Below, piece after piece: positions 39,860-48,840 of a DNA stretch of 64,000 bases (positions are counted from its first letter, which is position 1; each line of letters opens with the position of its first letter). The notes under the pieces are model-generated. The model worked only from the letters and a program-made list of their open reading frames with translations, had not been told where the DNA came from and searched no databases. Made by a program: the position numbers and the translations under genes. Source of the DNA: Acidimicrobiales bacterium (lineage in GTDB: Bacteria > Actinomycetota > Acidimicrobiia > Acidimicrobiales > Bog-793); the NCBI GenBank assembly GCA_035533595.1, contig DATLTN010000006.1, forward strand, positions 12,566-76,565. The letters are read 5' to 3'.

Positions 39860-41689
39860 ATGTCACAACCGCGGACCTCGCGCCCCGCGGACCGGGGTGC
39901 CCACTACGATCGCCTGCTCGTCGTGGTCGATTCCTCGTTGCAGGCGCCGTCGGGGGTCGCCACCCTCCCGCCCCCCGCGGTCGTCGGAGCTGCCGAGCAG
40001 CCCCCTCCCACCGGTCTCGCACGCCGTCTGCGGCTCCTCGGGATCGCCCTGCTGTTCGCTCTCGGCCTCTTCCTCCGGCTCTGGGCGCTCGGCCGCCAGC
40101 CGATCAACTCCGACGAGGCCGTGGTCGGGCTGATGGCGCACGAGATCCTGCACGGCCACTTCTTCGCCTTCTACTGGGGGCAGAGCTACGGCGGGGTTGA
40201 GCCCTACGCCGTGGCGCTCGTGTTCGCCGTGCTCGGCCAGTCGAGCTTCACGCTGGCGCTCACGCCGGTGCTCCTCGACGCGCTCACCGTCGTGCTCGTG
40301 GTGCTGCTCGGCCGCCGCCTCTTCTCGCTGCGCGTCGGGGTCGCGGCGGGGCTCCTCTACTGGCTGTGGTCCGAGACCTACATCTGGCAGTCGACCCTCG
40401 AGTACGGCTTCCGCTGGGCGGCCCTCGTCTGCGGCCTCGGCGCCAGCCTCTTGGCCCTGCGGGCGCTCGATCCGGGCGCGCCCCACCGCGGCTGGTCGGT
40501 CGCCGGCCTCGGCCTCCTCTCCGGCGTCGGATGGTGGGCGACGCCGGAGATCGCCTACTACCTCGTGCCCGTGGGGCTGCTGTTCGCCTACCGGCTGCTG
40601 CGGCGCGAGGCGGCGCTGCGCGCCGGCGCCCTCGCCCTCGGAGCGGGGGCCTTCGTCGTCGGCTCGCTCCCGTGGTGGTGGGCGAACCTGCGGAGCGGCT
40701 TCGCCTCGCTGCACGCCGGGGTGACCCCCGATCCGAGCTTCCTCAGCCACCTGAAGACCCTCGCCCAGCACGCCGTGCCGATGGTCCTCGGCCTGCAGCT
40801 CTGGTCCCCGACGAACGACCTCAACGGCAGCGGCCACTGGCTCTTCGGCGTCGCCGCCGGAGAGGCGATCGCCGTGGCGGTGGTGCTGGCCGGGCTCGTG
40901 TGGCTGCTCGCGCTCGCGAGAGGCGGGCGGGCGGCGCTGCTCGTGCTGTTCGCCCTCGCCTATCCCTTCCTGTTCGCCGCCTCGCCCTTCACCTACTACT
41001 GGCTGGACGGCCGGTACTCGCTCTTCCTGCCGCCGGTCGTCGCCCTGCTCGCGGCCGCGGGCGTGGCGGAGCTCGGCGGCCTGCTCGCCCGCCGAGGGCG
41101 CCCGCTGCTCGGTGGAGCGCTGCCGGCGCTCCTCCTCGTCGGCGCGCTGGCGCTCACGGGGTGGGCCCTCGACAGCCGCTCCCCGTACCCCGCGAACCAC
41201 GTGCGGGGGTCGTCGTCGCGCAGCTGGACGACGTGGACGAGCGACCCGAGCAGCTACGTCGGCCGCCTCGCGAGCGAGCTCGAGGCCCGGCGGCAGCGCA
41301 CCATGTACGCCGGCTACTGGGTGAGCTACGTCCTCGACCTCGAATCCCGGGGCGCGATCACCGCCTCGGACGCGCGGCTCGTCCGTTATCCGCCCTACCT
41401 CACGCGCGTCGAGAGCGACCCGAGGGCGGCCTGGCTCTTCGTCACCCCCGGCCACCGCAGCCTCGTCGCCCTGCACCTCGGCAACGCGCCGCTCCTCGAT
41501 CCGGGCTGCGCGGCAGTCGGCAACCGCTGCCTCGACGCGCGCGAGCTCGGCATCTACCTGCAACGGCGGCGGATCGCCTACCGGAGCGTCACCCTCGGCG
41601 ACTTCACCCTCGTCGAGCCGGCCCACCCGGTCGACCCGCAGGCGGTCTTCCGGTACTTCGCCATCATCTCGAAGGTGTCAGCTCCGTGA
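39860..41689 (+). CDS. Glycosyltransferase family 39/83-like (PMT/ArnT-type) polytopic membrane protein
   Basis: LFLRLWALGRQPINSDEAVVGLMA is the acidic loop-1 DE motif after TM1. About 10 or more hydrophobic segments follow, then a soluble C-terminal domain. The start is uncertain because it lies only 23 nt from the divergent gene. Confidence 0.7.
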   Translation: MSQPRTSRPADRGAHYDRLLVVVDSSLQAPSGVATLPPPAVVGAAEQPPPTGLARRLRLLGIALLFALGLFLRLWALGRQPINSDEAVVGLMAHEILHGHFFAFYWGQSYGGVEPYAVALVFAVLGQSSFTLALTPVLLDALTVVLVVLLGRRLFSLRVGVAAGLLYWLWSETYIWQSTLEYGFRWAALVCGLGASLLALRALDPGAPHRGWSVAGLGLLSGVGWWATPEIAYYLVPVGLLFAYRLLRREAALRAGALALGAGAFVVGSLPWWWANLRSGFASLHAGVTPDPSFLSHLKTLAQHAVPMVLGLQLWSPTNDLNGSGHWLFGVAAGEAIAVAVVLAGLVWLLALARGGRAALLVLFALAYPFLFAASPFTYYWLDGRYSLFLPPVVALLAAAGVAELGGLLARRGRPLLGGALPALLLVGALALTGWALDSRSPYPANHVRGSSSRSWTTWTSDPSSYVGRLASELEARRQRTMYAGYWVSYVLDLESRGAITASDARLVRYPPYLTRVESDPRAAWLFVTPGHRSLVALHLGNAPLLDPGCAAVGNRCLDARELGIYLQRRRIAYRSVTLGDFTLVEPAHPVDPQAVFRYFAIISKVSAP

Positions 41690-41723
41690 GCGGGCCGCAG
41701 GTACGCTTCCTCGCTCGGAGGAC

Positions 41724-43109
41724 GTGATGAGCTTTGACCTGAACGCGCTGCTCGCGGAGCGGGCCGGCGAGAACCTCAAGCTCTACGGCCGTCACATCAA
41801 CCCGCAGCTCGTGCGCGTGCTGCGCTCGATCGGCTTCGACCGCCAGTACGTGCGCGCCGAGGGCGCCTACCTCTACGACAACGAGGGGCGCCGCTACCTC
41901 GACTTCCTCGCCGGCTTCGGGGTCTTCGGCCTCGGCCGCGCCCACCCGGTCGTGAAAAAGGCGGTGCACGACGCGATCGACGCCGACCTCGCGAGCCTCG
42001 TGCAGATGGACGCGGCGCTGCTCCCCGGGCTCCTCGCCGAGGCGCTCCTCGCCCGCTGCGGCCCGCAGATGGGGAGGGTCTTCCTCACCAACTCGGGCGC
42101 CGAGGCGGTCGAGGCGGCGCTCAAGTTCGCGCGCTTCGCGACCAAGCGGAGCGGCGTCGTCTTCTGCGACCACGGCTTCCACGGCCTCACCTTCGGCGCG
42201 CTCAGCGCGAACGGCGGCGGCGAGTTCCGGCGCGGCTTCGGCCCGCTCCTCCCCGGCTTCCAGCAGGTGCCCTTCGGCGACATCGGCGCCCTCGAGCGGG
42301 CGCTCTCGCGCCGCGAGGTCGCGGCCTTCATCATCGAGCCGATCCAGGGCAAGGGGGTGAACGTCGCCCCGCTCGCCTACTGGGACGCCGTGCAGGAGCT
42401 GTGCCGCAAGTACGGGACGCTGCTCGTCGTCGACGAGGTGCAGACCGGCCTCGGCCGCACCGGGAAGCTCTGGGCGCACGAGCACTACGGCCTCGTCCCG
42501 GACATCCTCACCGTCTCCAAGGCGCTCTCGGGCGGCTACGTCCCGGTCGGCGCGATGCTCTGCTCGACGGCCACCTCCGACGCGGTCTACTCCTCGATGG
42601 AGCGGGCGCTCGTCCACTCCTCGACCTTCAAGGGCAATGCCCTCGCGATGGCCGCCGCGCTCGCGACCCTCTCGGTGATCGACGACGAGGACCTCATCGA
42701 CCGGGCGCGGCAATCGGGTGACGCCCTCGGCAAGGCGCTCGATCCCCTCGTCGAGCGCTACGAGTTCTTCCACGAGGTGCGCGGCCAGGGGCTGATGATC
42801 GGCCTCGTCTTCGGGGAGCCGAAGTCGTTCCGCATGCGCTCGCGCTTCAAGCTCCTCGAGGCGATGCACAAGGGGCTCTTCTCCCAGCTCGTGGTGGGGC
42901 CGCTCTTCCAGCGCCACGGGATCCTCACCCAGGTCGCGGGCGACCAGATGAACGTCGTGAAGCTGCTCCCGCCGCTCGTGATCGGCCACGAGGAGGTCGA
43001 GTACTTCGTCGAGTCGCTCGACGAGGTCCTCGCCGACGCGCACCGAAACGCCCTCGTCTTCGAGTTCGGCAAGACCCTCGCCAAGGCCGCGCTCGGGCGC
43101 GACCGCTGA
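41724..43109 (+). CDS. Class III (omega) aminotransferase, PLP-dependent
   Basis: GFGVFGLGRAHP, DEVQTGLGRTGKLWA and the PLP-Lys region LTVSKALSGGYVP are present. Confidence 0.88.
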   Translation: MMSFDLNALLAERAGENLKLYGRHINPQLVRVLRSIGFDRQYVRAEGAYLYDNEGRRYLDFLAGFGVFGLGRAHPVVKKAVHDAIDADLASLVQMDAALLPGLLAEALLARCGPQMGRVFLTNSGAEAVEAALKFARFATKRSGVVFCDHGFHGLTFGALSANGGGEFRRGFGPLLPGFQQVPFGDIGALERALSRREVAAFIIEPIQGKGVNVAPLAYWDAVQELCRKYGTLLVVDEVQTGLGRTGKLWAHEHYGLVPDILTVSKALSGGYVPVGAMLCSTATSDAVYSSMERALVHSSTFKGNALAMAAALATLSVIDDEDLIDRARQSGDALGKALDPLVERYEFFHEVRGQGLMIGLVFGEPKSFRMRSRFKLLEAMHKGLFSQLVVGPLFQRHGILTQVAGDQMNVVKLLPPLVIGHEEVEYFVESLDEVLADAHRNALVFEFGKTLAKAALGRDR

Positions 43110-43141
43110 CCCGCACTCCCGGCGCGCCACGGCGCGCCCTC

Positions 43142-44161
43142 TTGCCGATCGCGCTCGCCACCCTGGCGGCGGCGCTCTGCGCCTGCTCGTCCCCCGCCCC
43201 CCAGGCGGCCACGACGACCACCACCGTGCCGCCGACGACGTTGCCGGTGCCGGTCACGCTCACGGGCACGAGCCCGCAGGGCTCCTACGCCTCGCTCGGC
43301 CCGATCGAGCGCATTCCCGCCCCCATCCTCGCGAAGGGCACCGCCGCGCCGCCCGCGAGCGAGCCGCTCCTCCCGTACTCGGCGGGGAGCGTGCGCGTCG
43401 GCTTCCGCCAGTTCGGCTCGGGGCCGGCGCTGCTGCTCGTGATGGGCCAGCACGGCACGATGACGTGGTGGGACCCGCAGCTGCTCACCGACCTCGCCGC
43501 GCACTTCACGGTGACGATCTTCGACCTCCCCGGCGCCGGCTACTCGGCGGCCCTCGCTGGTTCGCCGACCGTCGAGTCCTACGCGGACGTCGCCGCCGGG
43601 CTCGTCTACTCCCTGCAGCTCAAAAAGCCAGTGGCGCTCGGCTGGGGCCTCGGGGGCGCGGTCGTGCTCGCGCTCGCCGAGCGCCACCCGTCGAGCGTCG
43701 GCCGCCTCGTGCTCGTCGACTCGATGGTCGGCGGCAGCCGCGCCCTCGGCGTGCCGCCCGCTGCGGCGGCCGTCTTGGCCTCGCCAACGGTGACGGCGGG
43801 CACCGTCGCGAGCCTGATGTTCCCCGCGACCGAGCCGGGTGCCCGCCAGGCGTGGCTCGCCCGCGTCTTCCAGGTCTCCCCGGACGACATCGTCGCGAGC
43901 GGCGTGCGCTCCGAGGCGAGCGCCGCGGCGTCCTTGGCGGGTGACCGGGCGCTCGGGGCGGGGCTCGGCGGGATCCGCTCCGCCGCCCTCGTGATCGACG
44001 GCCTCGCCGACGGCGTGGTCCCCGCGGCGGACTCGACCCGCCTCGCGATGCTCTTGCCGAAGCGCAAGCTCGACCTCGTCGCGGGCGGCGGCTACGCGGT
44101 GCTCGCCGAGGACGAGGGCGCCCTCGTGAGCGCGATCGTGACCTTCGCGCAGTCGGGCTGA
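43142..44161 (+). CDS. Alpha/beta-hydrolase-fold lipoprotein, nucleophile Ser apparently replaced (GWGLG)
   Basis: The TTG start is followed by a lipobox LAAALCAC-S and a Thr/Pro linker. The fold motifs are LLLVMGQHG...FDLPGAGYS. The nucleophile elbow reads G-W-G-L-G-G instead of G-x-S-x-G. Confidence 0.65.
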   Translation: MPIALATLAAALCACSSPAPQAATTTTTVPPTTLPVPVTLTGTSPQGSYASLGPIERIPAPILAKGTAAPPASEPLLPYSAGSVRVGFRQFGSGPALLLVMGQHGTMTWWDPQLLTDLAAHFTVTIFDLPGAGYSAALAGSPTVESYADVAAGLVYSLQLKKPVALGWGLGGAVVLALAERHPSSVGRLVLVDSMVGGSRALGVPPAAAAVLASPTVTAGTVASLMFPATEPGARQAWLARVFQVSPDDIVASGVRSEASAAASLAGDRALGAGLGGIRSAALVIDGLADGVVPAADSTRLAMLLPKRKLDLVAGGGYAVLAEDEGALVSAIVTFAQSG

Positions 44162-44530
44162 TCAGCGGGCCCGCTGCGCCCGCCACCAGGAGCGGTCGAT
44201 CTCCTCCTCGGCGACCTTGCCGTAGCGGGCGCGGGCGTGGGCGACGAACTCGTCGGGGAGGCGCACCCCGTGCTCCTCGACGTAGTGGGCGAGGCCGTCG
44301 GGCCACAGCCATTCGCCGTCGGTGAGCTCCTCGCGCCCGTTCTCGATGCCGCACAGGCGGCAGGTCGAGCTCCCCCAGAAGCGTCGGGCGAAGGCGCCCG
44401 AGCGCAGGTAGGCGACGGTGAGGGCGCGCTCCGCGGCCTCCCAGTCGGGGTCGATCCACCGCAGGACGTCGGGCCAGTCGTAGGTGAAGTCGTTCCGCCA
44501 GTAGCCGATCAGGCGGAGGCGGCGCGGCAC
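44162..44530 (-). CDS. Hypothetical Trp-rich small protein (122 aa)
   Basis: Third-position GC is strong in this frame. The sequence is MPRRLRLIGYWRNDFTYDWPDV...CRLCGIENGREELTDGEWLWPDGLAHYVEEHGVRLPDEF. I recognise no family. Confidence 0.6.
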   Translation of the reverse strand: MPRRLRLIGYWRNDFTYDWPDVLRWIDPDWEAAERALTVAYLRSGAFARRFWGSSTCRLCGIENGREELTDGEWLWPDGLAHYVEEHGVRLPDEFVAHARARYGKVAEEEIDRSWWRAQRAR

Positions 44531-44567
44531 CGCGACATTCTCGCCGGGGCCGGCGGCGGGCGCGGTC

Positions 44568-44573
44568 CATAAT
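44568..44573 (+). promoter_or_regulatory. Possible -10 hexamer (CATAAT) for the tRNA-Leu gene
   Basis: CATAAT lies 8 nt upstream of the predicted mature tRNA 5' end in an otherwise GC-rich spacer. No convincing -35 element is present. Confidence 0.3.
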
Positions 44574-44581
44574 TCTCGGAC

Positions 44582-44663
44582 GCGGGTGTGGCGAAACTGG
44601 CAGACGCGCCGGGTTTAGGTCCCGGTCCCTTCGGGGGTGAGAGTTCGAGTCTCTCCGCCCGCA
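44582..44663 (+). tRNA. tRNA-Leu (anticodon UAG)
   Basis: I folded the cloverleaf by hand. The acceptor GCGGGTG pairs with CGCCCGC (one G-U). The D arm is GCG/CGC and the anticodon stem CCGGG/CCCGG with loop TTTAGGT. A long variable arm is present. The T arm is GAGAG-TTCGAGT-CTCTC and the discriminator is A. CCA is not encoded. Confidence 0.9.
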
Positions 44664-44781
44664 CCGATCCATGACGGGCTGCGTGGGCTGTCGAGACCCC
44701 GGGAGCGCCGACGGACACTCGTCAGCGGTCCCCCCGAGGAGGCGTGTTGCGGTGCTCGCCAGGTCGGCTCATAGTGCAGAG

Positions 44782-45060
44782 GTGATCGGCGGAAGGATCC
44801 AGCGGGGGACGGGGGATCGGGCGGACCGGCCGCCGCGCCAGTCCGCCCTCGCGCGGCGTCTCAGTGACCTCGGCGAGCTCCTGCGCTGCGTCCTCGTGGC
44901 CGCGGGACGCCAGGACGGGCGCCTCCGTTCGGTGCAGCCGGATCCGATCGTCGCCGAGCGCTTCCGCGCCGCGCTGGACCGGTACTGGGTGAACGAGTGG
45001 GTCCGTCAGCTCGAGATGCGGGCGCCGTGCGAGGAGCCCGAGCCACCGACCGCGCAGTAG
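44782..45060 (+). CDS. Possible small hypothetical protein (~92 aa)
   Basis: Third-position GC is high in this frame from about 44830 onward (LARRLSDLGELLRCVLVAAG...RFRAALDRYWVNEWVRQLE). GTG 44782 is a guessed start and no homology was recognised. Confidence 0.3.
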   Translation: MIGGRIQRGTGDRADRPPRQSALARRLSDLGELLRCVLVAAGRQDGRLRSVQPDPIVAERFRAALDRYWVNEWVRQLEMRAPCEEPEPPTAQ

Positions 45061-45234
45061 GCGTCGGCGCGGGCCCCCGGCCTTGTCGTGGCCCGTGTCG
45101 ATCGGTAGGGTGAGCTGGGCATTCGCGTGGGTGCCGCGCCGCGTACGTGCGGTCGACCGCCACCTCTCGGCTCCGCGGAGCCCGGGGCTGGCAGGGTCCT
45201 CCCCGCAGCCTTCGAGCGAACCACGGGAGGGGCA

Positions 45235-46431
45235 ATGGCAGCGCCAGTCAGGATGGGGATCATCGGCTTCGGGCTGGCCACGGGGCCCGTCGTCGGGCCG
45301 CTCGAGGCCGGCGGCCGCTACGAGGTCGTCGGCTGCGCCGACCCCGACCCGCTCTCGCGCTCCCGCTTCGTCGAGCGCTTCTCCGCCCCTGCCTACGAGT
45401 CCGCGGCGGAGCTCTTCGAGAAGGGGGACCTCGACGCCGTGTACATCGCCACGCCGACCCGCCTGCACGAGGAGCTCACCCAGCTCGCCTTCGTCCGCGG
45501 CGTGCACGTCCTCGTGGAGAAGCCGATCGCGACCTCGATCGAGGCCGCCGAGCGGATGATCGACGCTGCGGCCTCGGCGGGGTGCGTGCTGATGGTGAAC
45601 CACAAGCACAGCGCCGACCGCGACGTGCTCGGCATGTGGCAGCTCACCAAGGACTCGGGCCTCGGGCGCGTGCGGGCGGTGCACCGCTGGCACTTCAGCG
45701 ACTGGTTCTACCGGCCACGCGCCGAGGACGAGCGGGACCCCGAGGCCGGCGGCGTGGTGCTCCGCCAGGGCGCGCACGAGTTCGACATGCTGCGCCTGCT
45801 GCTCCCCTCCTCGCCGGTGCGCCTGCACGGCACGACCGGTGACTACGACCCTGAGCGGCCCGGCGAGGGCGCCTACCACGCCTTCATCGAGTGCGAGGAC
45901 GGGACGGTCGTGACCTCGATCTACAACGGCTACGACCACTTCCAGTCCGAGGAGTTCACGAGCGGCCTGATCGAGCCGACGGACATCGGCGTCTCCCGCC
46001 GCCGACTGAAGGGCGAGGCGCACGACGCCACCGCGGAGTACGACATGAAGCGCAACCTCGGCCACCCCCGCGGCGCCAGCTTCACGAGCGGCGTCTACGG
46101 CTTCACGCTGATGAACTGCGACGAAGGCGACCTGCGGCCCGCGCCGCGCGGCGCCGTCCTGCTCTACGGGGAGGAGGGGCGGCGCGCCCTTTACGCCGAG
46201 GGCCCGACCGGCACCGAGGTGATCGTCGACGAGCTCTACCACGCGATCACCGACAAGGCCCCGGCGCTGCACGACGGGAGCTGGGGGATCGCCTGCCTCG
46301 AGCTGTGCCTCGCGATCCGCGCCTCGGAGCAGGCGGGGGGGCCGGTGAAGCTCACCCACCAGGGGAGCGTCGACCCCGAGCTCGCGACGCGGGTCCTCGG
46401 CGACCGGGTGATGACGCCGGTCGCCGACTGA
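45235..46431 (+). CDS. Gfo/Idh/MocA family oxidoreductase
   Basis: ATG 45235 follows a GGGAGGGG RBS. The Rossmann N-terminus is [25 protein letters not shown] and [10 protein letters not shown] (the EKP motif) are present. Confidence 0.85.
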   Translation: MAAPVRMGIIGFGLATGPVVGPLEAGGRYEVVGCADPDPLSRSRFVERFSAPAYESAAELFEKGDLDAVYIATPTRLHEELTQLAFVRGVHVLVEKPIATSIEAAERMIDAAASAGCVLMVNHKHSADRDVLGMWQLTKDSGLGRVRAVHRWHFSDWFYRPRAEDERDPEAGGVVLRQGAHEFDMLRLLLPSSPVRLHGTTGDYDPERPGEGAYHAFIECEDGTVVTSIYNGYDHFQSEEFTSGLIEPTDIGVSRRRLKGEAHDATAEYDMKRNLGHPRGASFTSGVYGFTLMNCDEGDLRPAPRGAVLLYGEEGRRALYAEGPTGTEVIVDELYHAITDKAPALHDGSWGIACLELCLAIRASEQAGGPVKLTHQGSVDPELATRVLGDRVMTPVAD

Positions 46432-46511
46432 GGCCCCAGGCCCGCGGCCGGCCGTTCGCGGAGGCGCCGCCGGCGAGAGGACCATCGGCGGGTCTTGGTA
46501 GCCTCGGTCCC

Positions 46512-47135
46512 ATGAGCAACGACCTCCGCATCGCCGACGTCCTCGCGCGTTCCTCGGGTGGCGACCCCGGTACCTTCGAGATCTACCAGCGGCTGCTGCG
46601 GGAGCGCATCGTCTTCCTCGGCACCCAGGTGGACCAGGCGACGGCGAACCTCATCTGCGCGCAGCTGCTGCTGCTCGAGTCCGAGGAGCCCGACCGCGAC
46701 ATCTCGCTGTACATCAACTCGCCGGGCGGCTCGGTGACCGACGGCCTCGCGATCTACGACACGATGCAGTACGTCCGCTGCGACGTCTCGACCATCTGCC
46801 TCGGCCTCGCGGCTTCGATGGGCCAGTTCCTGCTGTGCTCGGGCGCCCCCGGCAAGCGCTACGCGCTGCCGCACTCGCGGATCCTCATGCACCAGCCCTC
46901 GGGGCAGATGCAGGGTCAGGCGGCGGACATCGCGATCCAGGCGGAGCAGATCATCTACCTGAAGCGGATGATGGCCGAGCGGATCTCCTTCCACACCGGC
47001 CAGCCGGTGGAGCGGATCGAGGCGGACTCGGACCGCGACCGCTGGTTCACCGCCGAGGAGGCCAAGGAGTACGGCTTCATCGACCAGGTGATCGACCGCT
47101 CGACGATGATGCCCTCGGCGATCTCGACGTCATAG
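46512..47135 (+). CDS. clpP: ATP-dependent Clp protease proteolytic subunit
   Basis: [25 protein letters not shown] is present. The catalytic Ser lies in [11 protein letters not shown] and the His in RILMHQPSG. There is a single copy here, not a tandem pair. Confidence 0.92.
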   Translation: MSNDLRIADVLARSSGGDPGTFEIYQRLLRERIVFLGTQVDQATANLICAQLLLLESEEPDRDISLYINSPGGSVTDGLAIYDTMQYVRCDVSTICLGLAASMGQFLLCSGAPGKRYALPHSRILMHQPSGQMQGQAADIAIQAEQIIYLKRMMAERISFHTGQPVERIEADSDRDRWFTAEEAKEYGFIDQVIDRSTMMPSAISTS

Positions 47136-47205
47136 CCGGGCCGTCCGGCGCCGCGGGTCGCTCGCGCGTCACCCGCACCCACCTCGCGCCCCTCGGGGTC
47201 GGCGT

Positions 47206-48768
47206 TCAGCCGCGCGCGAAGGGGGCGTTCGCCACGCCGCTGTGCGCCGGGCCGCCCCGCCACTCGGGCCACGGGGGGGCGACCGCGGGGGCTGCGGGCA
47301 GCGGGTAGTCGATGAGCCGGCCGATCTGGTTGACCTGCCTCGGCCCGCCACAGCTCTCGAAGAGGTGCCAGCCCGAGGCCGGCCCGCTGCCGGCGACGTC
47401 GGCGACGACGACGGAGTTCTGGTCCGAGCAGGTGTTGATCGGGGCCGCCTCGCTCGCCTGGAACATGAACGAGCCGTCTACCCCAGAGAGCGCGTAGAGC
47501 CCCGCGGAGGAGCCGACGACGACGTCGTTCACGCCGCTCCCGGTGAGGTCGGCGAGCACCGGCGAGGAGAAGTCGTTCGCCCCGGCGAGCTGCTCGGACC
47601 ACAGCAGGCGCCCTCTCCCGGTGTACGCGTAGACGACCGACGAGCCGATGCCCTGACCGGCGCAGCTGAGGCACCAAGAGGTGTCGACGACCGCGGGCTC
47701 GGTCCCCCCGGGGAGGAGCCCGATCGCCGGCGAGCCGAAGGTCGGCCCCGCGGTGCGCACCGGCCAGCCGGGCACGCGCTTGCCGCTTCTCGCGTAGTAG
47801 GCGTAGAGGCGGTTGCTCCCCGGCAGGTAGGGCGGGGTCTCCCCGAATCCGGTGCCCACGACGACGATCGGGTTGCCGGTGGCGTTGATCGCTCCGACCG
47901 CGGGGCTCGACCAGATCGTCTGGGTCTCGCAGTGCTGCCAGATGACGCGGGGCGCACCGTCGCGGTAGCTGAAGTCGTAGACGAAGCCCCCGAAGCAGCG
48001 CTGCTTCCCCGAGCCGTCTCCGCCGATGAAGATGTCCTCCTGGCGCTTCTTGCCGCGGACGTGGTGCAGCGCCGGTGACGACCAGATCGTGTCCTCGGTG
48101 TCGACGGGGAAGCCGCGCACGAGCTTGCCGTTCGGGCGGAGCGCGTAGAGGTGGTGGTCATAGGAGCCGAAGACGATCGAGAGCCTCCCGTCGCCGGTGA
48201 TGTCGCCGACCGCCGGGGTGGAGAAGACCGCCTCGTCGTAGCCGTCGGGGCCGGGGCGACTGTTGCCGGACCACTCGTTGTAGACGTCCATGGTGTGGAA
48301 GGTGAAGCGCACCTGCCCGTCGGCGCGGAAGGCGACGAGGCCGCCGTGCTGCTGGGCGACGTAGGTCGACCCCGCGCCGACGATGATCGAGGGCGGGTGG
48401 TCCGGGCCGTCGAGGTAGGCGACCGTGGGGCTCGACTCGATGGCCGAGGGCACCCCCGGTGCCAGCTCCACGGGCTCCGGCCAGCCCGGCAGGGGGAGGC
48501 CCGTGGTCGCGTCGACGACGTTCAGGTAGCCGTTCTCCGAGGCGAAGACCACGGCGCTCACGCCGTCGATCGTCGCCACGGTGGGCGAGGAGAGCGCCAC
48601 CGGGCCGGCGGTGTCGGACCAGAGGGGCTGTGGGAAGCCCCCGGTCCCCGCGGCGGCGCCCGCAGCGGTGGGGAGGAGCGCTGCGAGGAGGGTCGCGAGG
48701 CCGACGAGCGCGGTGGAGGCGGAGGTGGCGCGCGCCCCCATGCGGGCCGACACCTTGCCTCCCGCCAC
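47206..48768 (-). CDS. Secreted FG-GAP/PQQ-like beta-propeller repeat protein
   Basis: A signal peptide (ALVGLATLLAALLPTAAGAAA) is present. Repeated motifs include GDITGDGRLSIVFGSYDHHLYAL, ADLTGSGVNDVVVGSSAGLYAL and SSP(A/T)V. Confidence 0.7.
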   Translation of the reverse strand: MAGGKVSARMGARATSASTALVGLATLLAALLPTAAGAAAGTGGFPQPLWSDTAGPVALSSPTVATIDGVSAVVFASENGYLNVVDATTGLPLPGWPEPVELAPGVPSAIESSPTVAYLDGPDHPPSIIVGAGSTYVAQQHGGLVAFRADGQVRFTFHTMDVYNEWSGNSRPGPDGYDEAVFSTPAVGDITGDGRLSIVFGSYDHHLYALRPNGKLVRGFPVDTEDTIWSSPALHHVRGKKRQEDIFIGGDGSGKQRCFGGFVYDFSYRDGAPRVIWQHCETQTIWSSPAVGAINATGNPIVVVGTGFGETPPYLPGSNRLYAYYARSGKRVPGWPVRTAGPTFGSPAIGLLPGGTEPAVVDTSWCLSCAGQGIGSSVVYAYTGRGRLLWSEQLAGANDFSSPVLADLTGSGVNDVVVGSSAGLYALSGVDGSFMFQASEAAPINTCSDQNSVVVADVAGSGPASGWHLFESCGGPRQVNQIGRLIDYPLPAAPAVAPPWPEWRGGPAHSGVANAPFARG

Positions 48769-48840
48769 GGGCCAACCTTACGCAGCGCCCCAGCGCCCCG
48801 GCACTTCGGCGCGGGGCCACGTCAGTAGGATCTCGCCATC

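Noticed and set aside
44582-46431. The region downstream of tRNA-Leu considered as a genomic island.
   Set aside because: There is no integrase, and I saw no repeat of the tRNA 3' end in the flanking ~600 nt. I did not scan the whole window for it. The next genes (Gfo/Idh/MocA oxidoreductase, clpP) are ordinary. I keep it only as a low-level note on orphan small ORFs.
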